A stretch of DNA of 64,000 nucleotides. It comes from Prorocentrum cordatum (taxonomy: Eukaryota). The stretch is from positions 930,001-994,000 of the forward strand of contig CAUYUJ010000002.1 of NCBI GenBank assembly GCA_963575745.1. The letters are read 5' to 3'. The position numbers and the translations under genes are program-made. Position 1 is the stretch's first letter; each line of letters begins with the position of its first letter. Positions 61,802 to 64,000 of the stretch are shown piece after piece. Below the pieces are notes generated by a model. It saw nothing but the letters and a program-made list of their open reading frames with translations, searched no databases and was not told where the DNA came from.

Positions 61802-63019
61802 TCTGTGTGCTGGCAGGCCAGTGCGCGGCCGTGAAGCCGCCACCGCGCCATGACGCGGGCTACAAGTGGTCTGCAACGATGGCGAAACAGCTCGTTTCAC
61901 TCGGCGCCCCAGGGGAGCTCAAGTCGCCTGGGGACACCGCCGCCATGATGGCTGCAGCAATTGATGCTTTGTGGGTCGTAGCCCCAGATCTACACAGGGC
62001 AACGTCGTTCGTGGAAATGTTTGCGGGCGAAGGCGGCACGACCCACTGCGTCAGAGATGAGTACACCTTGACCGCATATGCGTTCGAGAGGCGCTACGCC
62101 AAGTACCAGGACGCAACGCTGTTGCAGGGGATGCTGCACGCCTTCTACTTGGCGGCCACAGTCGAAGTGGGGGGAGGTATTCATTTCAGCCCAGAATGCT
62201 CGAGCTGGATTAACATGTGCACTGGCCACACGAAACGTTCCTCCAGCGACACGTTCGGCGACGACAGGCGCAGGGACGTCCTCGAGGCTAACCACGTCGC
62301 CCTGGTCGTGTCGCATGGGGGTCAAAAGCGAGGATGGCGAGGGTGAGTTTGACGAGGGCCCAGCGGCGCCTCCAAGGAGGGAGGGGGGAGAGGGGGTAGG
62401 GAGGGGGAGGGTGGAAGGGAAGGGCGGAAGGATGAGGAAGTGCAGGTGGAGGTGGAGGCGGAGGGGGGAGAAAGGGAGAGGAACGGGGGAGGATGAGGTT
62501 CGAGGAGGAAGAGAAGGGTGAATTTTTTTATGTGAACGCGGACGGCAGGGGGAATGCCCAACCCAAAAACGACCCCCCCCTGCGAGGTCGTGGATGATCT
62601 TCTTCGCCGCGACGAGGGGTGTGTGGGTGCTCCTGGAACAGCCCGTGAACAGCATGTTTTTTAAACACGTGTGCGTAGATCGCGCACTGAAGATGTGCAA
62701 AGCCGTCCGCATTCACACGTGGCTGGGAGGTTTCGGGGCGGCGACGCACAAACCGCTCGAGCTGCACACCACTATGCCAGTAACGTTTCACCAATCGCTG
62801 CGCAAGAGTATTCGTGAGTCTAAGGAGCTCCTTGGAGCGTCCGATAAGAAACTGTATAAGCTGAACATGCGCAAAGTCGCCCGTTCACCTTCCAAGAAAG
62901 GATGGTCGGCGAAGGGCTGGGTTACAAAGAGTGACCCGTCTGTCATTAAGCAGTCGCAAGTGTATCCTGTGGCTTTCTGTAAGGTGGTGGCAGCCGTGGT
63001 TGCTGGCGCGCGTGACTGA
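61771..63019 (+). CDS. C5 cytosine DNA methyltransferase-like protein, ~323 aa; exons 61771-62309, 62587-63019
   Basis: Motif I FVEMFAGEGG, motif IV-like FSPECSSW (Cys kept), motif VI-like LLEQP, VIII-like FGAATHKP, terminal SQVYPVAFCKVVA. One GT-AG intron; start may instead be at 61879. Confidence 0.75.
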
Positions 63020-63685
63020 TCGAACTCTCGGCTAGTTTGCTCAGTTTCTAGCGGTGGAACAGCAGTGGAACACAGGTGGAACACAGGTGGAACAGCAGTG
63101 GAACAGCAGTGGGACACAGGTGGAACAGCCGTGGAACACCAATGTAATTCATTTTGATATGGCTTCGCAGCCCAGTGCCGTGCAACAGTTTGAGCCAGTG
63201 GCACGCGCGTGACGTTCGCGCGTGCGCAGCTCCTCGGAGGGGGGGGGGAGGAGAGGGAGGCGTGGGTGGAAAGGAGGGGGAATGGAGGGCATGGTCATTC
63301 CTCCCTCCTCTCCTCCTCCTCCTCCTCCTCCGTCTCCTCCTGCTCCTCCTTCCCCTCCTCCTCCTCCTCCTCCTCCTCCTCCTTGTACTCCTCCTCTCGT
63401 TCCTGCCTCCCTCCATCAGACCCCACTCCATACTTACCACTTTTGGCCAGGCTCGCATGCTTCCGCGGGTGCGTGTGGAGCGGAGCTCCGATATTTCGAA
63501 GCAGTTTCTAGTCGGCCTCCTCACGCGTGTGCAAACATGTTTCTTGGCCGCCAGCCCCATGGGAAAAGAAAGGAACGGTCGACTGCCAGGCGAAACCTAA
63601 ACCTCACAGATATACAGAACCAAATGCAATTCGAAACCTCCACCTGCCATTCCCCTCCTCCGCCCTTCCGTTCACCTCCGTATTT

Positions 63686-63707
63686 CCCGTGGCCATTTTG
63701 GCTCAAG
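63686..63707 (+). other. DinoSL spliced-leader relic CCCGTGGCCATTTTGGCTCAAG
   Basis: 20/21 match to CCGTAGCCATTTTGGCTCAAG. Confidence 0.9.
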
Positions 63708-63828
63708 GGTTTCTGGCATCGCAGTCGGTCTTGCAACGGTGTCTGTTCGCCGATTGGCGCTCGGGATCTCACCGCCAGCGTGGGCTCGCGAAGAGCCCGA
63801 CGTGCCTCGCATTATGCTGTAGCTGGCG

Positions 63829-64000
63829 ATGGGGCATATTCGTGGTGTTTGCGAAGATGAGGCTGGCGATGATGCGGTATTCCTGGAGTCTTATTGCGAG
63901 GATTCGGTCAGCGATGAATCGGCCAGCGATGAATCGGCTGATGAGACCGATGGCAAACCTAACCTCCTGGGACCCCTGGACTTGCCTCGGAAACTGAATC
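63829..64000 (+). CDS. Possible 5' end of an ORF downstream of the SL relic (MGHIRGVCEDEAGDD..., acidic; runs off the window)
   Basis: Open frame from ATG 63829 to the window end, 121 nt after the SL relic. Confidence 0.4.
   Translation, partial: MGHIRGVCEDEAGDDAVFLESYCEDSVSDESASDESADETDGKPNLLGPLDLPRKLN

Larger units (their letters stand above)
48345..63140 (+). mobile_element. Putative large CMC-type (CACTA/Mirage/Plavaka-like) DNA transposon with cargo: gene A, gene B, transposase, DNMT; ends not identified
   Basis: Four co-oriented compact spliced genes; shared GGTGGAACAGC repeat clusters restricted to this interval. Confidence 0.55.

Noticed and set aside
61771..61835. Signal peptide on the DNMT-like protein
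   Set aside because: The hydrophobic start overlaps the transposase end and the true ATG may be 61879; cannot be supported.

Overview
GC-rich, repeat-dense eukaryotic DNA, almost certainly dinoflagellate: it has two near-perfect 22-nt DinoSL spliced-leader relics and GC/GA intron donors. All homology calls below come from motifs read by eye, with no database searches. Left of the 100-N gap (48245-48344), most of the sequence lies in the huge introns of one minus-strand host gene. Its last exons (14-91 nt, spread over 36.5 kb) splice into a DUF1517/FLAP1-type C-terminus. Nested in or near this gene are four RNase H-bearing LINE copies (one nearly intact), MITEs, two Helitron-like elements with internal tandem arrays and a Ty1/copia end with LTR. 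There is also a complete mRNA retrocopy of a GT29 sialyltransferase-like gene that starts at a spliced leader and is flanked by a perfect 15-bp target-site duplication. Right of the gap is the strongest novelty candidate: a co-oriented cluster of about 15 kb or more. It holds two spliced unknown genes, a spliced CACTA/Mirage/Plavaka-like (CMC) DDE transposase and a directly adjoining C5 cytosine DNA methyltransferase-like gene, all linked by a private 11-bp repeat. This is a putative DNA transposon carrying its own DNMT.
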